From Octopus sinensis (taxonomy: Eukaryota): DNA of 64,000 nucleotides. Positions 39,506 through 54,500 of this stretch are shown here, one piece after another. The notes below the pieces were generated by a model, which was not told the DNA's origin, ran no database searches, and saw only the letters and a list, made by a program, of their open reading frames with translations. Positions within the stretch are counted from its first letter, which is position 1; every line of letters begins with the position of its first letter. The stretch is from NCBI RefSeq assembly GCF_006345805.1, contig NC_042997.1, positions 42,408,001 through 42,472,000 of the forward strand, written 5' to 3'. Both the position numbers and the translations under genes were made by a program.

Positions 39506-42500
39506 CTACAAAATATAAATTGAGAAAAAATTTTTAACATATGTATTTTAATAAAATTCTAAAATAGATTTATAAAAGCAGTTTAAGTTTTAACTCTTTA
39601 TTAAGAACCTGTTTTGGACAGGTTCTTAAACTTACTGCAGAATTTGTCTCAAATCTGTTAGAGTTTAAAATCAGTAGGATTAGCTCAGTCACAAGAAAGA
39701 CTGAATCCAGTTTCTTCAGAAAATTTTGGAATCAATTCATCAAAGATTTGATCACAAATGCTTGACTTGCTGTACTACTGAGATTGAAACATCTAATCCA
39801 AAGTCCACAGCATTGTTATGCTTATTGCATCTGATATAATTTTTAAGAACAGGTAGAACATTAGATACAAATATAGAAAGTTCAACTGTTTTATTAAAAC
39901 CTAGATCAGGGGTCCACAAACTATATTCAAATTTCATATATACATACACAAGGATAAGCATATTAAAAGGGACCATTTGAAAACTTATTTGAACAAAAAT
40001 GTTGGAAACCACTGTGAAAAGGTTGGAACCACTAACCTAGATAATAATGAAAATAAATGGGAACGGAAACAGTGTACAGCTTTAAAATATTGGGTTGGTA
40101 ACTAAGTTCCCACCATTTTTTAAATTTTGGAGTCTATGAATCTATTTTGTTTTTTTCTAGTTAATTTTTGTTTACTTTCAGATAATTAAAATGGAATGTG
40201 AAGTTAAGAAAAATAAGCATTTTCGACACCTTTTTTGCTTTTAACCCTTTCGTTACTACATTTCTGACCAAAATACACCCCTTATGTGTTTCAATTAATT
40301 TCTATCATAATCATAAATTTAGTCTGGTTTCATTAAACAACTATAACTTTTTTATTTATCAATATATTAATGTGAATTTTGGAAGATAATTTAGTGAAAT
40401 GTTCTCAACCAATTCTATACCATAATTTTGTCACAAAGTGACTCTAATTGCAGGTAGATACATGTAAATACAGGTAAATTCAACAAAATATAAAATTATA
40501 AAATTTTTTGTTCAAACATCGCTATAGAAAATGGGTTATTAGCTAATATTCAATTGGGTATACAACAAAATTTTACTATAGAATTTGTTATTCTGGGTAA
40601 CTTTCTGATACCCATAATAATATTTATGGCAAAATAGTCTTAATTTCATTTAAGGTTGTGGGAAACCACAAACTATCCTTTCTTTCGCTTTGTTTACATT
40701 TAGCGTAACGGTTCGTTTCCGCCGTAATTTTCTGATACCCATAATAATATTTATGGGTAACTTTCTGATACCCATAATAATATTTATGGCAAACTAGGCC
40801 TTAATTTCATTTAAGGTTGTGGCAAACAACAAACTATCATTTCTTTCGCTTTGTTTACATTTAGCGTAACGGTTCGTTTCTGCCGTAATGATTTCAAATC
40901 AGCTCATTCAAAAAAGTAAACAGAAATAGTCTAAGGCTTTACTCTACCGGGAAAAACTGTGGCTTGGTCCAGTTTCTTCAGAAAAATCACTGAAAGAAAC
41001 AGTTTTTAATTTTCACTCCATTCAGGTGCCAATTCATTTTCTTTATTGCTGTCGGAGCTCTCGGATTCACTATTTCATTTTCGGAAAATGAAACATCGGA
41101 TTCATTATCAAATACCACGTGCTTTTTTTTTTTTCAGTCATAGAGTTAGATTTATCAAGGTCTTCAGTAGAAAATCCTTCGAATTCTGACTCGCTGCTTG
41201 ATATAATGAAATTCCTATCCATTTTTTGTCAGAGTTACAAATTTTGAAAACACAATAGGAACAAATTTCGGAAAAAAATCTCCCAAAATTCAGGGAATTA
41301 AAATTACACTTCGATCGTTGTACAAAACTGTAGATGAACTGTTTACGAAGTATAATCACGTGTTTTCATGAATGTACTAAAGAGATTTGCTCTGATATTC
41401 TCATTTAAATATGAATAGGTAATTACGGGCGGCTTGGTCACATGAACCAAAATTTTTTTCAGGCAGCTTAGTAACAAAAGTGTTAATCAAGGTTCTAAGG
41501 CTGCAAAAGCTGCTCACGACATTTGTGCTGTGTATGGAGTGCCATAGCTGAAAGAACTGCTCATGATTGGTATGCCACATTCAAAAATGAAAATTTTGAC
41601 CTCAAAGACACACCTCGTTCTGGCCGTCCAGTTGAATTCGATGAAGAGCGATTAAATCAACTTTTGCACAAAAATTCTCTAACGACAAGGGAACTGGCAG
41701 AGAAAAATGGAATGCTCCCACACTACTATAGAGAAGCATCTTCACTTGATGGGAAAGGTTCAGGAGTATGGGGCATGGGTTCTGCATGCTTTAAGTGACA
41801 ACAAAAATCAACAAGCCACAATCTCTGCTGATTTGCTTGCTCGTCACCACTCAACTCATAGACACAAGCAACAGTTTCTTTACCAAATTGTTACTGGCAA
41901 AGAAAAACGGTGCCAGTACATCAATATGAAGTAACAGAAGGAATGGCTTAGCCTCGGTAAACAAGCAACACCACACATGAAACAAGATCATCTGCGTAAA
42001 ACAATATTGTACATATGGTGGAACTGGGAAGGGATTATCCTTTACGAATTGCTTGAACAGAACCAAACGATCAACGCAGAACTATGTTCAACAGATAGAA
42101 CAACTCAACATGGCTATTCAAGAGAAAAGACTTAATCGGCAGCATGGAGTTCTGCTGCTGCACAGCAACGCCCGTCCTCATATCGCCAATATGACCAAGG
42201 AAGTGCTGCCACACCCACCGTACTCTCCTGATTTGAGACCAACGGACCCCCCCCCCCTTCGATCTCTTTCAAATGCTATGCATGGAGTTTCGTTCAATAC
42301 TGATGCAGAATTGAGAGCTTGGTTGGATCAATTTTTCGAGTTGAAATCTGGTGATTTCTACCAATGAGGTATTCAAAATTTTATTGAACGTTAGGAAGAA
42401 GTTGTAAACAACAAGAGCGAATACATTGATTAATTAGTTGTAATTTTTATAAAACCTTAAAAAAAAAAAAAAAAACGACAGGAACTTAGTTGCCAACCCA

Positions 42501-45500
42501 ATATATTCAAAGTGCTATAAACCTTTGAACATAAGATATGTTCTCAATGAAATTAGGACAAATTTTTCCATCATTTGCTATTTACTTGACATCACAAGGC
42601 TGTCATCATAACAGGCTATTCTAATTTTCAAGAAGTATACTTTAATAATTATTGGCCACAATCAGGTGGGGAAAATAAGAGCAAGGTGTTATAAGAGAAA
42701 GAAAGTAAGTACCTCCAGGCTGTACAGGTTGGCCAACATATTGAGGATTAAACTTATGACCAAACTGCTGCTGAACATTGGAATATCTCTGAGATGCTTG
42801 GCGGTTGGGTTGACTACTAAATAACTTAGCATTTGGACTCTGCACAGAATTCATATTGGAAGCTGCAAGACTGTGGGGAGGGGATTTCATCTGAAAAAAA
42901 GAAATATGTATTTAGATCAGAGAAAATAAATGAATTTCAACAAGTTTTTTCTTTTTTTTTTTTTTAAATATCATACTAACAGGTGTATTCTGTGGAGAAA
43001 GCTGTTGAGATGGGTTATACTGGGAAGCCTTTGAAGCTTGTTGCGGAGCTAGTCCCAATGGTTGAGAATGTGTTGGTGCCTGTAGGGAAAGGTTTAATCC
43101 AGGCTGGTTTCCGAAGAAAGCTGGTGCACCTGCTGCAGCTGCAGCAACTTGTTGAAGGGCACCCTACAAGAAAAATCCAAATAGGGGGTTGATCATCTTA
43201 AACTCTTTCAATTAAAGAACTGACTGAAAATTTAAACTAGTTTCATAAAACAATTTTGGTTTAGGGGGTTACTTGCTGCTGTTTCCATAATTCTTAAAAT
43301 TTCTGCTTCAAGCTTTTCTTTCTTAGTTTTATTTTGACTTTGTTATTTTTACCTCAAACTTCTTTTGCAGCACTTCTCTTTAATTTACATCAAGTATTGA
43401 TTTCTTGGCACAATCATCTTCTTCAACTTCTCCGTAGCCAAATTTCTTCTCACACACTCACCTCTACTTTTCATTGCTCTCACTCTTATCTTTACCTGAT
43501 ACATTATTTCTCCCCCTTTCTCTACATCTAAATCCCTTTCTTTTCAACAAAATCAGCATCTGCTTCTCATTTCCTATATCTCTGAAATATATCTTATCAA
43601 ATACAAATCCCTTTCTCACTCTTATTCACACACTTTCTATACCTTTGTAACTATCACAACACTCCTCTAATTTCCTTTTCATGTAAACTTTTCTTTCTTC
43701 CTCCCTTAGGCAATCTCTTTCTTCTATCACTTCCTCTCATTACTCTCTACATTTCATTCTCTGCAGCCCCGTTTACGAGGTGACTGCTATTTCCTCATGT
43801 TCCCTCCTTTCAATCCTCCACCTATTTATCTGGCCATAGTCTGCCCAGTTAAATATAAAAGCTCTTTTATAGAATCTGTCTAAAATCAAGACTTCAGAAG
43901 CATAAGCAGTCAATTCTGGTTAGACATAAAAGGATCAATGCTACCAAACACTGCAACGATGACATGTACAATGCACCATCATCTTTCTATCATGAGTATT
44001 TGTTTGGAAAAATTCCAGCAAGAAAGTGTTTTTAATCCAGAAATGTTTACACAAACATTTCCACCAAGTGGAATGTGTTTAACTCTCAGATAAATGAGTG
44101 GTGTATGTTATCAATTGCTATACTAGAAATGCAGTTACCTACACAAGAAGTATTTTAAATAACTAAACACAAAATTACCTGTAAACCTGTAGATGTCTGC
44201 TGTGCTTGGAAAAATCCTGTTTGTTGCAAAGTTTGCTGTGGTTGTTGATAAAAAGAAGAGGTAGCTTGCATTGCTTGTACATTTTGCATTGCAGCTCTAA
44301 AATAAAGAGAAAATAGCTTACAGTAAACACTTATAGCATGTAAGGAGTTGGGGATGGGAACATTAGAAAATAGTGTATATCTTTTAAGATACCTCATATG
44401 CAAGTATATGACAGTTTATAAGTGCATTTTTATTTAGCTGTATGCACTTCATTCTGCTAACCATTCAACTAGGAGGGTTACTTTGACTTTTTATTGTTCA
44501 GTCAGATAAACTGAAAAATATCGTGGTCAGGGGAACAACAATATCTGAAGCTTACATGTATAAAAAATTGCTTTTAGAACCTAATGATTATTAGTCTTTA
44601 ACTATTACCATCCAGGTGCTATTGCATTGTTATTCCCACTAGGTGAGTTAAATATTAACACTCAGTGGGAATAATACCATTGCAAATAGAAATATGAAAA
44701 TAATCCACAATTTCAAGCAATTTTATAACTTTGGGGCGGGGGGGGGGTCCCCTTCAAATGAAAATGGTTAAGGACATACTGTAACAATTATTAAGGGCAA
44801 TAATATAGTCGGAAAATTTAGCAACTCTTATTTCTTGTATGTTTGAAAACTAAAAGCACATTTTGAAGAGGGAAAAAAAACTGTGTTTTTGCAATTTGGC
44901 AAAAAAGATTCACTCACCTTGGCTGAACTAGAGGAGAACCCAAAATCTGAGAGTTACTGGCATTTTGAGCAGTTTGTGTGGGTCCCAGTATAGGGTTAGT
45001 GCCAAAGAGTTGATTTGGATATGGAAATATTAATGGTGATTGCAAAGAAGAGCCTCCCAGTCCTTGATTATATTGAAGAGAGGCAGGAGCAAGATTTTTC
45101 TGCAATGTTCCTAAATAATAAAAAACAAAGAATTTAGAACAAGAAATAAACCATAAAAATGATTTTAAATGACATCCAGTACTAAGAAAAAAATTTATGC
45201 AGAAGTTTATAAATCTATACCTGTTAAAATAAGCACCTTTTGCTTTTTAGCTGGTCTCAATGATACAATTTTTTAACAATCTTTTTGAAATTGGGCTAAA
45301 ATACAAAAATTTCATCAAATACAAATGACATTTTCTAACATTAACATTGGAATTGACATAGTTTCTAAAATGCATTTCAAACAAAAAAATGCAAAAATCA
45401 TTAGATGTAGCACATTATTCACAACTCATGGAAATATAACCAAACATTAGCCTGAAAATCAAAATTATCTAATACTATGAAAGCCCAAAAAATCTTAACC

Positions 45501-48500
45501 CTTTAGTGATCAAACCAGCTGTAACCGGCCAAAATTAATTCCCCTTTATTTGTTCAAGCCTGCTGTATCCAGTCGTATCCGACTCCTCTACGAAATCGCT
45601 AAAGAAATAAGCAAATCACATTATTGAATTCTTGTAGCTTTGAAATGATGCGAGATAAATCCCTCTGCACCTTTATTCAAAGTATAAAGACTGTGAAATT
45701 GATTAGACCATATGGTTTTTTTTTTCAACACTCGAAGAGAAGTCTGTACCATAGTTTTTAAAGAAATGTCGTCAGCAAGTAGCGATTCCAACTTAAGATT
45801 TTACTCTTAACGATATAGAAAATATAAATGAAAAACAAGAGTATTTGTCTTCGGATGAATCTGATATCAATATTAATGAATATTCGTCGGATGAGGAAGA
45901 TTTTGAGAACGAAAGTGATGAAAATGATATTGTAAACATGGCAACATGGTCAATGATTACAATACCAATCACTATTCCCGATTTCACAGAAAACTCTAAC
46001 TGGGAAGCAATTTTCACATCTAATCTATCTCAACAACACATTAAATGTCATAAAATATTGAACTTTTTGCAGGAAAGTTGTAATGTTTTCAAACAAGAAA
46101 ACTAACCATAATCTTGTGTTGGTGGCTTCACAGCAGTTGACATAAGTGAAGTTGTAGCTGAAGAGACCATAACAGTGTTCTGCTGACCTGCAGTTTGACC
46201 ATATGGTTGGTTCCTGGGTTGGTAGCCTGTCAACTGTGATGTTTGATATAGATCATGCTGTGAAAGTGTAGTTGGCAAAAATACATTAGGCTGAGTGAGA
46301 CTGGCCTGACCAATCTGAGTTTGCGGCTGAGATAAGCTATATCCATAACTTTGTTGGCTGAACTGTAAAGTAAATCAAAGTTGTATTTTCAGAGTATCAT
46401 CAATTCAAAACAAACATTAACACTTACCAGACATATATACATACATATTTACTTTTATATATAAAGATATACTGTGTTCATACAAGCATCATTTTAAATC
46501 TGCTTTTCATTCTGGCCACAGATTGGACATGCTGTCACAATCTGAGTCATTTCTCATTGAGGGTCACTGCTCTCATCTAGTACTTGTAGGTTTGAATTTA
46601 GCTTGGTTTCTACTGCTCGAAACCCCACCTATCGACAACTTTACAGAGCATACTGGGTGCATTTTTCATGGTAGCATCACAGTAGAGAGTGTCACATGCT
46701 GAGTAGAACAAGTTCTCCCACCCTTAGGCTTCTTCATTCATTTGCCAGGCACTTTACAATGTCTGCTGGGTACAGCCATAATTTCTTTTTACCCCTTTCA
46801 TTTTGTCATATTTTTGCGTGCAAAATGATTATATTTTGCAGACACAGAACATTCATTGACCATACTGGCATGGGTTATACGGTTTAACTGTGAACAGGTA
46901 AGCCAGGGAGCTGCACTAGGCTCCAATTCGATTTGGCTTGATTTCTATAGCTGGATGCCCTTCAAGTCAACCACCCCAACACAGTATATCAACAAAACGT
47001 CTCAATCACTTGTCACTGCCTCCATGAGGCTCAACATTTGCACAGTGCTTTTTACATGCCACCGGCATGGGTGCCAGTCACGTGGCAGTGGCATCGGCCA
47101 CAACAAGAAAATCCTTTAAACCAGCTCAACCCACCCCAGGTGAATGCTGTCAAGTCCTTTAAGCGCTAATGGACAAATAAACAATAGAAGCTGTGGTCTT
47201 GTAACAGACAAGAAAACTTCAAGTGCTAGTGTCATGATAGAATGCCCATAGTATACTCTGCAAAGTGGTTGGTGACAAAGGTATCCAGTCTTAGAAAGCA
47301 ACAAAAATGGAATACATGACGTTGACATCGCACACACATCAAAGAAAGCAGTAACACCAAATATGTGACTCAGACTGTCAGAACCTGCTCAACCAATATC
47401 AGCATTGAGTGAAAAAAAATCATCCTCAAGCTCTATGTTTAAAAGCAAGTAGAGTAAACTATCCCTTACTTGAGAATAGGTAGAGGTAAGTGACAGGAAG
47501 GGTGTTCAACCATTAACCTTTCCGTTACCAAACCGCCCAAAGCCGCCCGAAAAAAAATTGGTTCATGTGACCAAGCCACCCAAAACCGCCCGTAATTACC
47601 TATTCATATTTAAATGAGAATATCAGAACAATGCTTCAATGTGTATTCATTTTAACCATGTTAGCATAGAAAAGCAGACAAATCTTGCACACATTTGCAA
47701 GCACACACATGTAAATGTTGAACAATGAGAATGAGTGCTCAACACTGTATTGGTGGATAAAATTTCTTTGTGTATAGACTTAATAAGTGTGTGTGTGTGT
47801 GTGAATATATATATATAAATAAATAAATAAACAAGCTTACTTGGAAATGGGTGCATGGTGTTCATTTAATATATATGTGTGTGTGTGTGTGTGTGTATAG
47901 GTGGATGGAAAGGAAGGCCCGGTGTATGTGTATATTTAACTATGTATGTACATACATATGTGTCTCTCCTTGTCTTGACATTGCATGATGTAACACCCTC
48001 ATATAAGCAGTGTCATTCATTTCCAATATTCTTCAAAGACATGCTTGGCCATGTGGAAATATTACCTTGCTTCAAAACAGGTAAAAGTTGGCAACAGGGA
48101 TATCTATTATAGCAAAGCTGATTAATTAAAATTTCACTAATCAATGCATCAAAAACTTACCTAACTAGAAAAGCAATCGCAGAGTGCAGACCTTCGCCAT
48201 GCAGCTCGTTTTAGGATAGATACGCGAGTAAAATTACTAATAGAGAAACGAAAATAAACTTTGGAAACAGCAATGCCACCAAAAATTTATCATCTGTTCC
48301 TTGTGTCATTACCAACTTTTCCTGCAAGTTTCATCAAATACCGTTCACAACTTTGAGTTATTTTGCACAGAAACTGACAGACGGACAAACCGACGCCGAT
48401 GAAAACATTACCTCCTTCCTTGGCAGAGGTAATAATATTTGGCAAAACCAGCCAAGTGTAATATCATTTCATACATAATTATGTAGTGATATGCTCAGTT

Positions 48501-51500
48501 CTCAAACTTTCACTTATCACTGCTAATAACAAATCTTGCATGGATCACAAGTATCCAAACTCCAATTTATATTTTGTCACATGTAGTAAGCAACAGTATC
48601 GTTGATTACAGCGGTTTAATAGACCACCCACTGGTTAACTATTTCTTATGGCAAGAGTAACAAGGGAACATCTGTATAACATAATGGAATTCATTCAGAA
48701 AGCATGGCTCTTTTTGCAAATATATAGAAAAAGAAAAGCAGACTGAAATCTCATTCATGTTTATGCAATTGAATGAGAGAACAATATGGAGTACAGTTTT
48801 CATCTACAAAATTCTAGTCACAACATAGTTGTCCAAAGTGTACACAGTGGGATCGCACGGGAATAGGGATTTAACATAAACAAATTTAGATTTACTTACT
48901 CTCGGTTCTTGGGTCAACAACTGTGAAGAATTCAGCTGATACGGAGGAAGCTGGTTAGGTAACAATTGAATGGGTGGACTAGGAATCGGTAAACTTGGAA
49001 TCAGGTTTGCATTGCTGTTCGCCACACCAGGCACTTCTTGGGGTTGTGGTTGGAGCTGCTGAGGTTTAACCTAGTTAAAAAAATAAGTATTTCTTTCTAT
49101 GAAATGTAAGAAATAGGTTGTATCATACTTCCTCTAAATATGTAGTACATACCACATTTGCAAAAGTAGACTATTTTCATTAAGATACTATTTACTACAC
49201 CATCACAAATGCCATGCATTAAGTAAATGAACAATCTGATTAAAATATGAAAACTGGAAATTACAATTTTTAGATGAGAAAAATATACTCACTTTGCAAA
49301 CGTTACTCTGTTCCACTAAAGATGGCTTAGAATCACCAACATTACTTGGCAAATGACTGGTAACAGTTAGAGACATAGCCATACTTTGTTGAGAGTTAGA
49401 AACCAGGTTTGGTCCATGGTGAGGCAGGGAAGGAGCGAGAGCAGTATTGTTGACAGAGGTCTCCTCCATGCCCATCACAGGTTCCATGTGGTCCACACCA
49501 TCCAATGAGACAGACTGTGCCACAGCATTAACAGTTGTAGAAGTAGCTGCAGTGGAGCTGGCAGCAGCAGCAGCAGCAGCAACAGAAGTTGAACTAGAAG
49601 AGTCCCTATCACTTGTATAGGAAGGATACGTGCCTTGCGTAGACTGCTGCTGTTGTTGCTGCTGCTGAGTTGTAGATAACTGCTGTGGCACAGCAACAGC
49701 AACACTACTTTCGGAAGAAGTTGTATTTTTGACATTAAGTAAAGATTGGGGGCCATTGCTCTTGATACTGAAAATAAAGTTAAAATTACAGGATATGTAT
49801 TAATATACTCAACTAAGCCAATATGTATTGTTAAAATCACACTATTCAACACTACCCTTCCACATTGATTGCTTGTGCTTTCTTTACCCAACTGTTGGCT
49901 TCCATACATATCAAATGCCCTTACCAGACATCATCTCTCTTGAACACCATATCCAATTCTTCCAATACCCAGTTTTAGGAGGTTTTTTTTTTTACACTAA
50001 CGTTACATATATCTAGTGAAGCATGCTTGCCTCATTCTGTCTTGGAAGTATCATACACTTGACATTTTCCTCTAGAGATTTCATTTATTGCTTGTAGAGC
50101 TAATAGCTTCTTAAACTTTTCCTACTCTTGATAACTGTTTCAACTACCAATTGGAAAACCTACATAAAAGTTAAACTGCTTCTAGGTTGCTTCAAGGTAT
50201 TTGAATCTATTTATTTCACAAGAGCTTTTACTAGGAACTAATGCTGCATATCTACCATGAACAAAGTATCTTTGGTCTGCCCACCCCTGATTCCAATAAA
50301 TCTTTTGTGTACCCATAATTTATAATATGGAATTCTTAATCTTTTCTCCATACTGAATGCCACAACTTATTAGATGGCAGCCAATGAGTCCTGTCTTTAT
50401 TCTTGCTCACTAAAATTTGGTTTTATTTGGTTTACCTGGGTACCCCTTGATTCTGTGTCTTGTAATTTTCTTCTCTATATCTTAAAATTCAACCTCGAGA
50501 ACTAAGTCATCAGCAGGAAGGAGTTCCAAAGACAGCCAGTCTTAAACTCTGCACTACCAGAATGACTAGTGCATACCATATTTTTTAAATTTCAACAACT
50601 AGTTGAAAGTGTAACTGCTCCCCCCAGCCTTCATATCATTACTCAAATTTTCAACCTCTATGGGTCCTAACAATAACGTGATACCCTCAATTCTAGGTCT
50701 TGTAGTTTTCTTCTCTAAATCTTAAAATTCAACTTTGAGAACTAAATCATTAACATAAAAGAGTTCCAGTCTTAGATTCCACTTTATCTTGTATAGCGTA
50801 TAATTTCCAAACCTGTCTTCAATATCAGCAGAAGTATGCTGCTATAATTTTGAATGCTTTTCTTTTTTTTTCTTTTTTTGTCCTTGATGACATTTTACTT
50901 TATATATTTTGCAATTTGGAACACCTTACACCTCTGATTCTCGTCTCACAGAACGTTTCTTGCCAGCCTCTCTCAGTACTATATACCTGCAAGTAAATTC
51001 TCTAGTATTGACTACCTGATACTGAGACAAGCTTTAATGGCTCTTATCTCTAATGCAACATTTCACCATCATGTCACTTTCTCTCTGGTTGAGACCTTGC
51101 TCCAAGCACACATCTGATTTGTAGCTTGTTGCAGGTTGCTTACAGTAATTTGCCATTGTCTTCTGGTCTAAGCAGAATTTCCCTAACAGAAGAATCTGTA
51201 AACTTCCATAGCTTCATTCAGCAAATTGTGTCAAGGTTCAACCTCCTATTCGGAATCACTAAACTAGTTTATGTTGGTAGCACATTCTTCACCAAACAAA
51301 GTGTATTTGCACACATCCATCCCATTTTCTGGTAACTATGAAGTACATTAGGTCAGCTAATCTAATCGATAGGTGCTTAAGTGGCATTTTGTTGAATATT
51401 TCTTGCAGCCAAGAAAATCCCAAATCTTAGAAACAACTAAGAATATTTATTATTCAATGAAGACACCCGTTAAAATTATTTTCACAACAAATCTCAAGCT

Positions 51501-54500
51501 TTTAATGAAATATTAAATAGTTTAAATATACCTCTGCTCAAAAACAGTCGGCATTTTCTCCCACACATTTTTAACTGATGCAATTTTAAGGCTCAAGTCT
51601 TCTGTAGCTGGTGATGTAGGAGTATTTAACTCCAAATTTTGTGATTTGGAACTTCCAGTAGAAATAGACACTGATTTGGATGGCTCGGTAATTGAATTAT
51701 TTTCTTTCTTTGTTTCTGTGAGCTTAGCCAATGTTTCATCAAATGTAAAATCAAGTTCAGAGGCATCTTCTCCCTAGAAGTAAAAATATTTTAAAATGTG
51801 AAAGCGATAAAAAATACATTGTATCTTTTTAAGTGAATGAAAAGAAATTTTCTTTAAATTTTAGCACAAAAGGGAAGCTAGAATGTAAACAGACCTTCCG
51901 GAGAAAAGATTCTTTAAAACTTGGCGGTAGTTGAAGAGCTTCTGGTCGATCCACGCAAGTACCACTCCGACTTTTTTCTTTGTTTTCTGGCTTATTAGCT
52001 TTGGGCTCTGAGTCCTTTCGTTCATTATTAACAGTCTTAGCATTTACTTTTTCATTACGACTAGTCTAAAAAGAGAAAATTCATGAAAGTACATGTTAAG
52101 AAAATCATCAAAACTTCAGCATATCATAGAATGCATCAATTACCTTATTGAAAATGATTTAAACTTTCACATTTAGAAATTCTCCAAAATATACCCAAAA
52201 TGCAAATACTAACCCGTGGTTGTCTTTGTGGTTTTGGAGCTTCATACTGACTTTTGTCAACCCTAGTATCATTTTTTTCCTTATTTCCTTTATCTTCTGG
52301 CTGAAAAATAAAAATCAATAATAATGTACTTACAAAAAGTAACATCCCTCCAACATTTCATGTATATTATGCTTTCTCTAAATGTAATTATGAGCCAAAT
52401 GTTGCATATTTTCAGCTAATGAGAACATATGCAATATTATATTTTCATAAATGAGTATTTAGAGCAAAATTGAAGTAACAAACTAAAATTTTATGCAGCT
52501 AAGAAATATATAAAATGAAGTTGTTAGCTGTAAAATTAAGCTTTTATAGAAAAATAGCTTAAAACTTCAAAATAAAATACATTAAAATCTAAACTGTTAT
52601 GATTGCAATTATATAAAAATATCATTTTAGTCTCTGTATCTTCATATTTTAATCTATTTTAACGATTCATTATGATATGATTAACTAGTTAACATTTAGC
52701 TCCAAGTTTAAATTAAAAGTGCATTATTGAAAGCCTTTTGAGAAAAAATTCTTAAGTCAAATAGTCATAAAACAGCAGCACAAAAAAAAAGTGGAGGGAG
52801 GGAGAAGTTAAATATTCAGAGCTGGTACTAAAAAGAAAATACCTATTTTAATTTGCAATTAAATGAATATATAATCAGGTAGAACTACAAACAACTAATT
52901 CCTTATCACCAAAACTAGGATAACTGATTCAAATCACAATGGTCAACTAATTACAACTTTTTTATTCTTTCACTTTCAGAAACAACCATAAAAACAAAAA
53001 GATCTAAAATTGAAGCCAAAATTCAGAAATGAAATTTTTTTTTCCAAAATGAAAGGCTTCTTGGAGGAATTGAATCATGAATTATAGGATTGGAGTGAAA
53101 ATTTTTTAGACTTATGATCAAGACCACTTTACAGATGAAGGAAATAGACATCTGTATATGCACAACTCATCATATGTATACTAATCCAAAGTAATTACTA
53201 AATAAATAAAGGCTAATATAATTAGCTGAATAAAAAAAATTAGATTGTATATAAAATGTACATTTGAACTAAACACAAAGCCAGAAAGGTTATTAAAATT
53301 CAATACTACTAATAAATTACTACATATTTTAAGTTACCAATGTGTACGAATTTAACAAGGATAGCGTGATATACCATTCATTCAGTTTTACATGAACAGG
53401 TAGGATTATCATACAATAGCCTCCTACACATCTTGGCATGTAATGCTCAACAGGTAAAGCGAAGATTCTTGATCTAGCCAGTAATATGTTTAATACATTT
53501 TTGTTTAAGGCTTGATTGAAGCTGTTTGTGGCTGGATACTTTCCAAAATCTTACTAAAACTTGAGTAAATCAGGTTTATTGAGAGAGCAACACTGGTGAA
53601 CTCACTACATTAGTTTGAGATTTTTTTTTTAACACTTAAGATCAATAACAAAGATTACTAGAATAATGACCTTAATTTTTCTCAAGGAACTGGACAAGAT
53701 CTGAAAAGACTGATTCTAATAAAGTATGATAGCTGTGATTTTCAATAGAAGATACAGCTGTGATTAAATAGAATAAGTTATCTAGCAGAAGTGACAAAAC
53801 AAATAAATGCTTAATATTTAGTATTTGGCTCCAATAATTTATGTTAGCATGAAAAGCTACCTTAAGATTGTTTCAAAACTTAATTTACAAAACCAATGAA
53901 AGGTTTTGAAATTAATACTTTTTGTTCAAACCTAAAATACTAAATTTTTTGGCATTTTTAAAAGTTTATAAATAAATGATTAACACTTTGACATCTGAAA
54001 CTGATAATACATTTCATCATAAATTAACTCAAAATAACAAATAAGCAAATTTAAATTCAAATGCAATTTTCAACTAGAAATTTAAACCCCAAAATGGTTT
54101 GTTGATTTTATTAAAAATGACAGATTTAAGTTTTTAAAATTTACAATTATAATAAGAAAATGCTACAAACATGCAAGAGAAGCTGCCAAAATCTATTAAC
54201 TGGACAAAACAGTAACACAAGCAACAGAAACACAGCACAAATATTTTTAGCTAGAGTGGAAACAAAAATACTATTTGTGTTCTCAATATTTAAGTTTTAC
54301 TTCCATTAAAGGACAATGTAAAACAGCACAATTCTAAAATTGTTGCTCATAAATATTTCTTAACTCTAAGGAATTGAAAATAAGCACACAACAATTAAAG
54401 ATAAAAAGACAAAAAATTTGTACATACAAAAAATAGCTATACATCTAAGTGTCACTATCCATGCATTTTAGCTGTGTTGCTGGCTTCTTACACAGCAGTT

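Noticed and set aside
45845-46105. Independent acidic protein gene
   Set aside because: Follows a TTAA-CCCTTT terminus; better explained as a piggyBac N-terminal remnant
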